NCBI GenBank assembly: GCA_013239625.1
Contig: MU053629.1
Span: 1,949,567-2,013,566 of the forward strand
Direction of reading: 5' to 3'
Source of the DNA: Lama guanicoe
Lineage: Eukaryota
Length of the DNA stretch: 64,000 bases
Shown: in pieces, positions 11,831 to 24,707 of the stretch
How positions within the stretch are numbered: position 1 is the first letter of the stretch
How the letters are laid out: each line of letters starts with the position of its first letter
Notes under the pieces: model-generated
Told to the model about the DNA's origin: nothing
The model's database searches: none
Seen by the model: only the letters and a program-made list of their open reading frames with translations
Translations under genes and position numbers: made by a program

Positions 11831-13170
11831 CTATCTGAACCTGCCTTAAGTTTGGAATTTCCCAGTTTACATCTTCTGTTGTCTACACAGTCTTCTACTT
11901 CTAACATCATAGCAAGAAGACAATGGAATGGGGTATACAGCATATCCTATTGTCAGGAAGATGTCAAAAGTACCTTTTCTGGTTTTTGTTGATAAAAAGT
12001 ATTCCTATATACAACACCCTAGCAATAATGGTCCCAGGGCTAATGAAAACCTGATCAGCACACAGGAATTAAACCACTTCAAAAGAAAGACAAATTCTTT
12101 TTACCGACTACAAAGCAAGTCAAAATGAGAACTATCGTAATTATCCAAAATTCATTAGAGGAAAAACACTTTATTACTCTGAAAATATATATGAGCTACA
12201 AATTTATCCTTTTAATAGATTCTTCCATTCATGTATAAACTTAAAGATCATATAATACAAATCTAGACTTAATTAAACAAAACAGACTTCCAGTTTTCGT
12301 TGAGCAAGGTTTTTTTTTTCACTTGATAGAAATTAAACAATTTTGTTTTGAGAATGCATGAATTTATAAGCATTATAAACTGCCTCTCAGCAGTAATTTT
12401 GTGGATGTTTATGTCATAAACTATTTAATTCAAGTACTACTATGATGTTAGAGCAAAGACAATCCGTTACTGAAATGAATATTCACAAAACTAGCTGTTA
12501 AAGCAACTCAATAGTTGCTGGGAACTAAAGTAGTGTGAAATTGCACATCTTACTCCTGTTCTCAGTAGCATCTGCTGGCTTTGCTAACCCAAATATGAAC
12601 ACATCACTAAATATAAAGAGCCTTTCATTATCCTAGGCAGGTCTTAAAATTCCAGGCTGCCAGCCTACTAGTAGTAAGAATAAATTCATTCTCAGCATCC
12701 CTAAATTCACTTCTGCACCCAGTGATCTCTGGCTGGGACAGTGATGTTTCCCCAAATTTCTCTACTGTGGATCAGAGATAAGATTTTTTTCCATCTTCTT
12801 TTGCAAAATCATCAGAAGTCGCACAGGTAACCAACAATAATCATCTTTATGCTTCCATGCTCCCATTCCCTCGAAGGGCAGTCTCTTACAACGGGTCTCC
12901 ATAATAATGCACAGCCTCAACAGCTGTGACAAATAAGAAAACACTCTCGCCTAAAAGGAGACCTCTTTACAATCCCCAAGCTGATGACCAACTTCATGTA
13001 TTTATAAGAGCTTTCATTTTCTCTTCCCCATTCACCTAGGGAGGGCCACAAAAAGTTTATAGATACCCAATGTATCTTCTTCCCAATTTCACATCTTCAA
13101 ACTGGTTGATTTCATCATTATTCATCATTTCACTCATAAACTAACACTTGAAATAAAAAATCCTTTCCTT

Positions 13171-13300
13171 GGGGGATGGGGAATAGCTCAGTGGTAGAGT
13201 GCATGCTTGGCATGCACAAGGTCCTGGGCTCAATTCCCAGTACCTCCATTAAAAATATATTAATTAATTAATTAATTAAAGTAAAATATAAAATATTTTT
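13171..13300 (+). mobile_element. Camelid tRNA-derived SINE (vic-1-like)
   Basis: tagctcagtggtagagtgcatgc..gtcctgggctcaattcccagtacctcc. TSD aaaatcctttccttgg / aaaatcttctccttgg. Confidence 0.92.
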
Positions 13301-13521
13301 AAAATCTTCTCCTTGGTTGGGAAATAAAATTACATGAATTCTCTCTGAAGTTCCAGCTCAATCCTGATGCTGGGATTTCCAGGAAGAAATGCAAATATAG
13401 TATCAGTTGGAAAACCTCTCTAAACAGGATATATATCCTTGCAGATGAAGTGTGAGTATTACTGAGTAAGGAGTTACTCTTCCCTTACCAGGGGTAGAGT
13501 CTGAATTAAAACAAGCCCTTA

Positions 13522-13690
13522 ACTCTTTCTCAAAGTGTGGTTCAAGGATCAACAGCATCTGGATCAACTGGTAGTTTGTTAAAAAGACAGAATATAGGAC
13601 TCTATCTCTCAGACCACCTAAATCAGAATCTTCATTTTATTGATATCTATATGCAAATATCCCTGCAATATCAAATCTCACAATTGGTGG
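13522..13690 (+). mobile_element. MER5-family hAT-Charlie element
   Basis: ttctcaaagtgtggt..cagcatc..tttgttaaaa..aatcagaatct. Confidence 0.6.
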
Positions 13691-13921
13691 AAAATTAAAA
13701 TCCTATCACACACAAAGAGAGATGAACCTTGGATAACAATTACACCTGATAATGACTGTAGTCCTCTTCACAAATTCTTCAGTTTTTTTTTAACAATAGA
13801 TCCTCCTTACAAGAATTTCTCATAAAATTATAACCTACTTATCTTGAAACACACCAAAGATTACTATCGCTGCTGCTGTGGGTGCTGTTAGCGTAAGCCA
13901 ATAATATAACCAAGTGCTTAC

Positions 13922-14102
13922 CTAATCTGAGCTCTCCGAAGTTCCCACACCCTATCTTCTTGCCAACCCTGAAGTTGGGTCCCACCATAAGAACCCCAGA
14001 GGATGTCGAGGAGCCAGGTGGTCGAGAACAGTGTGCACTCCTTTGAGCCATGGGTTTACTTGTCCGTTGTCTTTCATCCTTCTCCCTGCTAGGATGGTCC
14101 AT
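13922..14102 (-). CDS. CSNK1G1: Casein kinase I gamma-1, first coding exon (181 nt, phase-1 end): [60 protein letters not shown](G)
   Basis: Translation contains the CK1-gamma N-lobe motif [22 protein letters not shown] and the gamma-1 type N-terminus [13 protein letters not shown]. The ATG is in strong Kozak context (ggatcATGG). The frame runs into a canonical donor TAG|GTAAGC at 13922/13921. Confidence 0.96.
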
Positions 14103-14187
14103 GATCCTACAAGACACTGTGTCTGCACAAGTAGCCTTAATCTGTATACTTCTCTTCAATACAAAAGTATGTCCAGATAAACCGTAG

Positions 14188-14220
14188 TCAGAGTAAGGTA
14201 AAGAGTTCTTTTGGCACCAT
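14188..14220 (-). promoter_or_regulatory. uORF3, 10 aa ([10 protein letters not shown]), strong Kozak context
   Basis: Context aatATGG (A at -3, G at +4), starting 2 nt after the uORF1 stop. TGA ends at 14188. Confidence 0.55.
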
Positions 14221-14222
14221 AT

Positions 14223-14303
14223 TTATGTTTCTAATTTATCTCCAGGAGATGAAAAACCATTGATTAGTTCTTGTAGGACACGTAGTCTGTAGGTCTCAAG
14301 CAT
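14223..14303 (-). promoter_or_regulatory. uORF1 in CSNK1G1 5' UTR, 26 aa (MLETYRLRVLQELINGFSSPGDKLET*), in frame with the main CDS
   Basis: ATG at 14303 and TAA ending at 14223. The ATG lies 201 nt (67 codons) upstream of the main ATG. Confidence 0.6.
14231..14260 (-). promoter_or_regulatory. uORF2, 9 aa (MVFHLLEIN*)
   Basis: ATG at 14260 and TAG ending at 14231, nested in uORF1 in a different frame. Confidence 0.5.
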
Positions 14304-16799
14304 AGGAAGGTATTTGGTAACCTAGGTAAAAAAAATCAAGAAAGCAGACAGTTAAAAATTATATTTTAAAACAAATTAAGAAAGTTACCACTAATTAGAA
14401 TGGACCCTATCCAAAAATGAGCAAGGTGGATAGTTTTCTGAAATGGATTTTGGTTTCATACCCTCCAACAGTTTAGCCATCTGGACTAGTTATTCATCTG
14501 GTAACATAAGCTCAGTAGGCTGCAGACCATGGCCGCTAAGGGAACACACAACCCTTTAATATCATAAAATGCTTTCTTCTAGCTTTGTACATACGAACCA
14601 AAAGAAAGCTATCTGTCAGCTCTTCATCACTGGCTAACAAAGTTATGGTGGGGTTCAGCAAGTTAAATTAACTGAGGGCAATTAAAAGCTCTTCCCTTTA
14701 ATTTGGACACAACCTATCAGAAATGAAGCTACTCACTATTCACTGTCCCCCTCCTCCACCCTCACCATTTATCAAGCACTAACAGCAATCACGAAATCCA
14801 AAACAAGTTACTGATGGACACAGACTACTTCTATGAAGGCCTTTCCAAAAACCTATTGGTACCAAGCAGTCTTAGACTAAAGCTTTGGGAAGCTTAACTT
14901 TTGGTCTAGTTTTCATTGTGGACTGAGAATACAATGACAGAGGGCCTGAAGCACATCCTTTGTACAATCCCAAAGTGAAAATAAATCTGAGAAACAATAA
15001 AAATATTAAACAAAACTATCCCTACCAGAATTCTCCAGTGTCTCAATTCAGGACTAAGCCCAAGACAAAAGTTTACAATGAGGTAGTTTCGATGCCATTT
15101 CTAATAATCTAGGTAAGTGTCCTTAAAAAAAAAAATTGTCACCAATCACAGACTAAACATATACTTATGTTTCACTTTTATTAAAGATTTTCCTTAAGTT
15201 TTTAAGGAAAAAGACTATTAGAACTGCTTGGTTATTATTGTATATATACAATAAAGCAAAAATGTCTAGACTATAAGTTTCTTACAGACACCTTTAATTC
15301 CCTACTACAGGGACAGACACAAATCTGTGCGTTGAATGTACAAGCAGGCACGTGATCCAAGGATATAATCTGTTTACTTCATTACAGTAGTTAAACTAAA
15401 CTGTTTACTTTCATCTTTTCTGTTCTCTTTGCATTATTAAACCTGCATAATGATTTTAGGCTTCCATTAAGTTAATTACCAATAAAATGCATTGATCTGA
15501 ATTCAGGGAATAATACATCTACATTCATAATATATTCTGTTAAGGGAGAAGAATCAGGGTGATAAGAATAAGTCAGTAATGACTGGATTTCTTACAGGAA
15601 GAACATTATAAATTTGTATCTTTTCTCTCACTCTTTCTCTCATCTCCAATTTTATGTAATATCCTTCAATTATCTTTGTTGTTTACTCAATGTCCCTCAA
15701 ACAGTATTGGTAAAGAAAGGGAAATAAAGTCTAAGATGTTTTATTTAGACAGTTCCATCTTAACAAGTGGTTGTGTGTCTATATATGAGAAATTTTCAGG
15801 CTATACTTTCTTCCCTTACATTACTTTTTTTGGAGGACAGGTAAAGTGTGTCTCAGCCTAGTCAGACAATTTTGAGCACTCAACTAACTCCCAAAGCCTC
15901 ATAAATTATTAATAGTACAACAGTGTCATGTAGAAGACTTGGAAAACTACTGTCTTGTCTGTTGCTCTTCGTATTTTTCATTTGTGTTCACTGTTTTTCT
16001 AACAGATGGAGGTTATTTTTATAATGCTTGCCATTAGCTTCCTCCAGTGCACTTAGACTCACGTAATATTAGGTGGAAGGATCACTCACAGCCCTCATAT
16101 CCATGTAAACTTGCATATACGTATTCAAAAAACATGCAGTAGCACTTGCCAGGTTAGAAACCTGCAGAAAGCCAATGATCCCACTTAGCAGGGAAAGTGT
16201 TTTTTAAACATCTGCTTATAGGTCAGAACAATCACTTTACCTCCCACGAACATGGGAAAAACTCACATTTATTACATCAATTTTCTCATCTACTCATGAG
16301 ACATTAGTACAGTCTAATCTATAATTAGGTAAGATGAATAATATTAAATACTGCGTTATGTGGCACCTCTCATTTAAGAAATCAAACTAATTGAATGATT
16401 AGTTTTTAAAATGCTATTTCTTTATCAGCATCCACTGCTGAAAACTATTTCCTACTTCTCAATTATAAACTCTTCAGCTTGCCATTTAAGTCCCTTCAGT
16501 ATCAGCTCCCTATTTAAATTCATCTCTTAAAAAAGTTACTACATAAAGCAAAGGAGCATCCACTCTTAGCTCTTACACCTACAATGACCTCTTAAATCTT
16601 CTGTCTTATTTAAGGCCTGATTCATATCCTACATTCTTTATGAAACCTTTTATAACCAATTCATCATTAATGCTTGGAGTACCACTGTCCTGGGTTTGGT
16701 AATGAATTTTAACACAAAACCCCAAACGCCTATCCACAAAAGAAATTAAATTTTGAACATGGACTTCAAAAATTTTAAACTTTAAACTATGTTATCTTA

Positions 16800-17885
16800 T
16801 TCAGAAAACTGAAAGACAAGCCACAAACTGAAAGAAATGTATTTGTAAAATACATATCTGATAAAGGATCTGTACTCAAACTACACCAAGAACTCTAGAA
16901 CAACAATGAGGTATCACCTCACATCAGTCAGAATGGCCATTACTAAAAAGTCCACAAATGATAAATGCTGGAGAGGGTGTGGAGAAAAGGAAAGCCTCCT
17001 ACACCGTTGGTAGGAATGTAGTGTGGTGCAGCCACTATGGAAAACAGTATGGAGATTCCTCATACAACTAAAAACAAACTTACCACATAACCCAGCAATC
17101 CCACTCCTGACCATGGATCCGTAAGGAATTCTAATTTGAAAAGATACATGCACCCCAATGTTCACAGCAGCACTATTTACAATAGCCAAGACATGGAAAC
17201 AACCTAAATGTCCCATCGACAGATGACTAAATAAAGAAGTTGTGGTATATTTTTTACAATGGAATACTACTGAGCCATAAAAAAGAATAAAATAATGCCA
17301 TTTGCAGCAACATGGATGGACCTCGAGATCCTCATTCTAAGTGAAGCCAGAAAGAGAAAGAAAAATACCAGATGTTAACACTCATATGTGGAATCTAAAA
17401 AAAAGAGAACATTAACAAACACATCTACAAAACAGAAACAGACTCACAGACAGTAATCAATCTTATGGTTACCAAGGGAAACGGGATGGGAAGAGATAAA
17501 TTTGGGAGTTTGAGATCTGCAAAAGTTAGCCACTATATATAAAAATAGATTTTAAAAAATTTCTTCTGTATTGCATACGGAACTATATTCAGTATCTTGT
17601 AATGATCTTTAATGAAAAAGAATATGAAAATGAATACATGTTTGTATATGCATGACTGGGACATTGTGCTGTACACCAGAAATGGACACATTGTAACTGA
17701 CTGTACTTCAATAAAATAAACAAACAAACAAATAAATAAATTCTTTAAAAAAAAAAAAGAACTCTAGAACAAATCCAATTAAAAATGGGTAAATACTGGA
17801 ACAGACACCTGGCCAAAGAAGATATACAGATAGTAAATAAGCACACAAGAGTATGCTCAACATCATGTACCATTAGGAAACTATC
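16800..17885 (+). mobile_element. Old L1 ORF2 fragment hosting a younger L1
   Basis: gaaagacaagccaca..catatctgataaagg on the left resumes as ccaattaaaaatggg..aaagaagatatacaga on the right. Confidence 0.75.
16904..17756 (+). mobile_element. Young 5'-truncated L1 (ORF2 C-terminus, 3' UTR, poly-A)
   Basis: Perfect 16-bp TSD aagaactctagaacaa at 16888-16903 and 17757-17772. AATAAA and A-rich tail present. Confidence 0.93.
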
Positions 17886-18623
17886 AAAAAAAAAAATTTT
17901 TGCCCCCTACCATGTAGCAGATTATATTGATATGTACTCTAATATTTGATTATAAGCTTTTGAAGTTAGGGATCTTCTCATATTTTTTTTGTTTCTTGCA
18001 TACAACTGGGACTTAATAAATACTGAATAATAATTATGATCTTGCATAATAGAAAATAGATTTCCATAACTAAATATTTATACAAAATAATAAAAGTAAA
18101 GAGAACTCTCTAACTAACCCTAAGAACTCCTAGAATTGACATAGCAAGAAGCCAGTATTACTTCATTTAAATTCATTAGTGTTAAGATAAAGGCTAGTTA
18201 GAATTTCCATTTCACAAGGATATTACATGATTTATTTACAGTTACTAGCAGATAACATATGAAAAAGTTAACTCAAGAACAAGATCAAATGGAACGCCCA
18301 AGGTAAACATTAAGTTATACTTTAACCTTATTTTTTTAAATGACGTCCAAGGACAGCAGTAAAAGATAAACTATATGCTTATATTATTTCTGCTCTTTCT
18401 TTTAACAGTAGAAGGAGAAAGGAGAGAAATTATATAAATCCGTAAGTAGATATTTATTTTTCCGGTGAATAAACTATATGGCATCACTCATAACTCATTA
18501 AACATGCAAATGTTATAATGAACATATATTTGAATTTTTAGAGTCATACCAGCAAGTTCCTTAAGAAACCTAATTCCAGTGGTTTCTATCACTTTAGGCA
18601 TTCAATTAGAGAAAAGGTATTTT

Positions 18624-19364
18624 CTTTTTACTGTTTTTTTTTTTTAACATTTTTCTTACTGAGTTATAGTCATTTTACAGTGTTGTGTCAAATTCCAGTG
18701 TAGAGCACAATTTTTCAGTTATACATGAACATACATATATTCATTGTCACATTTTTTTCACTGTGAGCTACCACAAGATCTTGTATATATTTCCCTGTGC
18801 TATACAGTATAATAACCTTTTTATTCTTCATTTTGAAATTCCAGTCTGTCCCTTCCCTCCCCCCACCCCCTTGGCAACCACAAGTTTGTATTCTATGTCT
18901 ATGAGTCTGTTTCTGTTTTGTAGTTATGTTTTGTTTTTTTTGTTTTAGATTCCGTATATGAGCGATCTCATATGGTATTTTTCTTTCCCTTTCTCTTTCT
19001 GGCTTACTTCACTTAGAATGACATTCTCCAGGAACACCCATGTTCCTGCAAATGGCATTATGTTGTCGGTTTTTATGGCTGAATAGTATTCCATTGTGTA
19101 AATATACCACATCTTCCTTATCTAGTCATCTGTTGATGGACATTTAGGCTGGTTCCATGTCTTGGCTGTTGTAAATAGTGCTGCTATGAACATTGGGGTG
19201 CAGGTGTCATTTTGAAGTAGGGTTCCTTCTGGATAAATGCCCAGGAGTGGGATTCCTGGGTCATATGGTAAGTCTATTCCTAGTCTTTTGAGGAATCTCT
19301 ATACTAATTTTCCACAGTGGCTGCACCAAACTGCTTTCCCACCACCAGTGTAGGAGGGTTCCCA
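18624..19364 (-). mobile_element. Young 5'-truncated L1 with a different 3' UTR variant
   Basis: Poly-T end, L1 3' UTR/ORF2-end motifs, TSD agaaaaggtatttt at 18610-18623 and 19365-19378. Confidence 0.92.
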
Positions 19365-20810
19365 AGAAAAGGTATTTTTTTTTTAAATATGACACTCCAC
19401 ATATTCTTTGCAATCAAAAGTTTCAGGAACCAGTTTCTCCCTTTCCAGAAGGCATTACTCTATCAATAAAGCTTCACTTAGCAACTGAATAAAAACAGAT
19501 TTATACACATGGCTTTCGTGACTGGGAAATTTTAAGAGCTCTCTAGCCGAATAAAGAATTACTGCTAATAGTAAAATCAAGAAATCCAATCCATCAAATT
19601 GTATGTGCAGAACTGATGCCAAATCTGCCTGGCTTACATTAGAGTTGAAGAATATGGATGACCATCCTCAGCAGTGGTCAAAGTCTTCCTTCATGGACCA
19701 CCCTAGAAGGCATCTCATAGCATTCCAACACATTGAAATGGGAGAAATTTATGTTTCCAGTAACTACTACCCTGACCCAACATATTAAAAAAAAAGTTCA
19801 AAACCAAAAGTTCACCTGGCCTGAAGTCTCTGTAAGACAGCAATAGATGCTCTGTCGAAGAGACAGACATGGTCTTCTATTATAAATGAAATTACTAAAG
19901 TGAATTTATTGCTTTATGTAGTAGTATTTGGAGAAGTTGCATGACAGTTAAAAAAAATTAATTCACATTATAAAACCATCAAAGAAAATATTTAAAGAAT
20001 TACAGCTGTGAATCTGCTAAGTGACAAGAAATCAATGATTTACAGTTTATTATTTCAGATTCTCATATATTGGTGTTACCAAAAATGAAGAACACAAATA
20101 TTTAAATTTTAAAGTCAAAACACACTCAGTCTGTGTTGATAGTCAAGATAAGATTGTTGAGCTTCTAAATCTCTCTCTTCTGATATAACTTATGATGAAA
20201 TTGTTTATGGGTATAGGACTGCTGGATCACATAGTAACTGTATGTTTAAACAATTTCCAAAGTGATCAGACTCTCTATTCTACTGTTCCTTCACCTACCA
20301 CATGTTGGCTTTGGTCCTAATGCTTACAACATTTTGATCATAAGCAGCTTCAGGTATCACTTCCCGTATTAGCGTCCAAAACAGAAATGAAACGACAATA
20401 GCAAGACTTACTCACCATGTATCTTTTTTGGTAAAGATGAAAGTTCTTTACAGAGCCATCAGCAAAATTTCCCTTATGTTGTATTGCCAACAAATAGTGT
20501 CTACAACAATATCTGAAACTCCCAAAGAAAGAGATAAAGCCTAGTATGATGTTTAGAATGTAAGATAAATTTCAAGAGCAATTCACACCCAAAGAAGGCA
20601 TTCAATCATTGAGTAAAAAAGGTAATTTTTGCATGTGCTTAAAAAAAATAGCAAAAATTATAGGACAATTAAAAAAGTATAATACAATTTAACAAACAAA
20701 AGGCTAATATTCATTTTAGCTTTTTTTTTTAAAGGGACACAGTGAGACTCTTAATTAACCTAACAAATTATCAAAATCTGTTTATTTTGGCCAAAATACA
20801 TATACAGGAT

Positions 20811-20960
20811 GGGAGAGGGTACAGCTGAGTGGCAGAGTGCATGCTTAGCATGCATGAGGTCATGAGTTCGATCCCCAGTTCCTCTGTTAAATAAAAAAAG
20901 TGATAATAAGTAAGTAAACCTAGTTACCTCCCCACCCCACTGACAAAAAAAAAAAAAGAA
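20811..20960 (+). mobile_element. Camelid tRNA-derived SINE (vic-1-like)
   Basis: cagctgagtggcagagtgcatgcttagcatgc..gagttcgatccccag, aaacctagttacctcccc and poly-A. Confidence 0.9.
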
Positions 20961-22344
20961 TTAAAAACAATTCCATTACGAGAGTGCTATCATTAAAAGG
21001 AAGAACAATGTTTACAGGTTGTAGTAGTATTATTATTTGGTGGGGGGGGGTAGGATTTGTTACTTGCAGCAACTAAGGACAATACCAGGGATCTTTCCCA
21101 AAGCAGTGTCTCAGTTCTGGTGTTATTAATCTTCCACAAATTCCAAGTATTAATTTCGTTCATTCCTACTATCCTACACCCTCATTGCTCAATCTATTCC
21201 CACCTGACAATTATTTTTTTCCAATTTTAATGATACGAAAGTAACATAAAACATTGTTCTAAAGTATACAACATAATGATTAAATATAGGTATATACTGC
21301 AAAATAATTACCAGAATAAGTTAACAGCTATCACCAGCCAGTTACAATTTTTTTTTCCAGTAATGAGGACTTTTTAAGATCTCTTATCAACTTTGCAATA
21401 TATGATACAGTATTGTTAACTACACATACCATTCTGTACTGATTCTCAGAAATTATTTATCTTGTAACTGGAAGTTTGTACCTTTTAATCACCTTCATGC
21501 ATTTTACAACCCCCCCCATGCCCCTACTCTCACCACTGGCTACACGAATCTGTTCTGCATTTCTATGAATTCAATTTTGATAGATACTAGTGAAATCATG
21601 AAGTATTTGTACTAATCTGTCTGGCTTATTTAATTTAGCATAATGCCCTCAAGGTCCACCCATGTTGTCACAAATGGCAGGATTTCCTTCATTTTTATGG
21701 CTGAACAATATTCCTCTGTGTGTTGTTTAATCATTTATCTGCTGATAGGCACTAAGATTATTTCTATGTCTTGGCTATTCTAAATAATGCTGCAAAGAAC
21801 ACGGAGTAGGGGCAGTACAGGTATCTCTTCCACATAATGATTTCCTTTCCTCTGGATATATACCCAGCAGTTGGAACCTCCTCCATCATGTTTCCTAAAG
21901 TGGCTACACCAATTTACATTCTCACCAAGAGTACACAACGGTTCCCTTTTCTTCACATCCTTGCCAACACTTATCTCTTGTATTTCTGATGATGACAGGT
22001 GTGAGGTGATACATTGTGGATTTGACTTCCATTTCCTTAATGATTAGTGATGTTGAACATCTCTTCATGTACCTGTCGGCCATTTGTATGTCTCCTTTGG
22101 GAAAAATGTCTGTTCAATTCCTCTGCCCATTTTTAAGTATGATTTATTTCCTACTGAGCTGTATGAGTTTTTTATATATTTTAGATATTAGTCTCTTATC
22201 AGATAAGTGGTTTGGAAATATTTTCTCCCATTCTGTAGGTTACCTTTTCATTTTATTTTATTGATGGTTCTCTTTGCTGTGCAGAAGCATTTCAGCTTCA
22301 TATAATTCCAGTTGTTTATTTTTGCTTTTGTTGCATTTGCTTCT

Positions 22345-22471
22345 TCATTTCTATTTTTCTGGTGGGGTGAGGTAATTTAGTTTATTTATATTTGGAAGAG
22401 GTACTGGGGATTGAACCCAGGACATTTTACATGCTAAGCATGCGCTCTACCACTGAGCTATATCCACCCCC
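22345..22471 (-). mobile_element. Camelid tRNA-derived SINE nested in L1
   Basis: Perfect 17-bp TSD ttgttgcatttgcttct at 22328-22344 and 22472-22488. Confidence 0.93.
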
Positions 22472-23867
22472 TTGTTGCATTTGCTTCTGGTGTTAAATCC
22501 AAAAAATCATTGCCAAGACCAATGTTAAGGCACTTACCCTCTATGTTTTCATCTAGGAGTTTTATGGTTTTAGGTCTTACATTCAAGTCTGTAATCCATT
22601 TTGAGTTGCTTTTAGTGTATGGTGTAAGACAAGGGTCTAGTTTTCCCAGCACCATTTATTGAAGAAAGACTATCCTTTCTCCATTGTATATTCTTGGCTC
22701 CTTTGTCGGAAATTAACTGATGATATATGCATGGGTTTATTTCTGGGAACTTTATCCTGTTTTATTGATCTATTTTTCTGTTTTTATAGCAATACAACCA
22801 TACTGTTCGGATTACTGTAACTCTGCATCTTAGTTTGAAGTCAGGACGTATGATGCATCCAGTTTTGTTGTGCTTTCTCAAGATTGCTTTGGCTATTTGG
22901 GGTCTTTTGTGTCCCATACAAATTTTATGATTGTTTTTCTTGTATGAAAAATGCCATTGGAATTTTGATAAGGGTTACACTGAATCTGTAAATCACTTAA
23001 GGTAGTGTGGACATTTTTAAAATACTGATTCTTCCAATTCATGAGAAAAGAGTATCTTTTCATTTATTTGTGGCTTCCTCAACTTCTTTCAAAAATGTCT
23101 TATGATTTTCAGTCTACAGGCCTTTCACCTCAGTAATTAAATTTATTCCTGGGTATTTTTATTCTTTTTGATACAATCGTAAATGACATTTTCAAAACTC
23201 CTCTGATAGTCTGTTATCACTGTATAGAAATGCAACAGATTTTTGTATATTAATTTTTTATCCTGCAACTGAATTCGTTGATTAGTCCTAACACTTTTTT
23301 GGTGGAGTCTTCAGGGTTTTCTATGTGTAATATCATGTCACCTGCAAACAGTGACAGTTTCACTTCTTCCTTTCTGATTTGGAAGCCTTTTCTTTCTTTT
23401 TCTTGCCTAACTTCTCTGGCTAGGACTATGCTGATTTTTCTTTTGATTTCTTCTTTGATCCACTGGTTCTTCAGTAGCATGTTGTTTAATCTCAAGTTAT
23501 TTCTAAATTTTCCACAGTTGCCTTCTTATAACTGATTTTTAGTTTCATACCATTGTGCTCAGAAAAGATGCCTGATATGATTTCAATCTTCTTAAATTTA
23601 TTAATGCCTGTTTTGTGACTTAACATATGATCTATCCTGGAGAATGTTCTGTATACAATTAAAAATAACGTGTATTCTGCTGCTGTTGGATGGAATGTTG
23701 TGTAAATGTCCATTAAGCCCATCTGGTCTAATGTGTACTTTAAGTCCAATGTTTCCTTATTGAATTTCTATCTGGATGATCTATCCATTGTTGAAAGTAG
23801 GAGTACTGAAATCCCCTACTACTACTGTGACACAGTCTGTTTCTCCCTTCAGGTGTGTTAATACTTA

Positions 23868-24228
23868 CAGACACGCCTTGGAGATACTGCAGGTTCAGTT
23901 CCAGACCAATGCAATAAAGTGAATATTGCAATAAAGCAAGTCACACAAATTTTTTTTTTGTTTCCTGGGGCATATAGAAATTATATTTACATTATACTAT
24001 AGTCTATTAAGTGTGCAACAGCATTATGGTAAAAAACAAACATACACTTGCAATGTATATACTTTAATTTAAAACTAATGCTCCTGGAAAAATGGCACCT
24101 GTAGACTTGCTTGATACAGAATTGCCACAAACCTTCAATTTGTCTAAAAAACAAAACCAAAAACAAGCAAACAAACACAGCATCTGCAAATGCAATAAAG
24201 TGAAGCACAACAGAACAAGGTATACCTC
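23868..24228 (-). mobile_element. Internally deleted Tigger1 derivative nested in L1
   Basis: Both Tigger1 ends present (cagacacgccttggagatactgcaggttcagttccagacc... / ...gcaataaagtgaagcacaa..aggtatacctc), flanked by TA at 23866-67 and 24229-30. Confidence 0.9.
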
Positions 24229-24583
24229 TATTTTGTATGTTTAGGAGCTCCAATGTTGGGTGCACATGTTGTCAATCCTATTGTCAATTCAATCCTATTG
24301 TGAATCCAATAGGATTGACAACACTATCATTATATAAAGACCCTGTCTCTTATTACAGTCTTTGCCTTAACGTCTATTTTGTATGACATAAGCATAAATA
24401 CCACTGTTTTCTTTCAGTTTCTATTTGCATGGAGTATCTTTTCCATCTCTTCACTTTCAGTCTGTGTGTGTCCTTAAAGCAGAAGTGTCTCTCATAGACA
24501 GTATATAGTTGGATCCTTGTCTTTTTACCCATTAAGCTACTCTTGTGTCTTTTGATTGGAAAATTTAGTCCATGTATATTTAA

Positions 24584-24707
24584 TTTTTTTTGGCAGGGGG
24601 AGGTAATTAGGTTTGTTTGTTTATTTTCAGAGGAGGTACTGGGGATTAAACCCAGGACCCCATGCATGCTAGGCAAGCACTCTTACCACTTGAGCTATAT
24701 CCTCACC
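24584..24707 (-). mobile_element. Camelid tRNA-derived SINE nested in L1
   Basis: TSD tttagtccatgtatatttaa / tttagttcatgtgtatttaa. Confidence 0.92.

Larger units (their letters stand above)
13922..14321 (-). other. CSNK1G1: CSNK1G1 exon containing the start codon (400 nt, of which 219 nt is 5' UTR)
   Basis: Acceptor cttgatttttttttacctag|GTTACC at 14322/14321 and donor at 13922/13921 flank non-repetitive sequence. Confidence 0.85.

Noticed and set aside
13839..14159. 106-aa ORF-track protein as a complete gene
   Set aside because: It starts at a TTG in the 5' UTR and reads through the splice donor into the intron. Only 14102..13922 is supported as coding.
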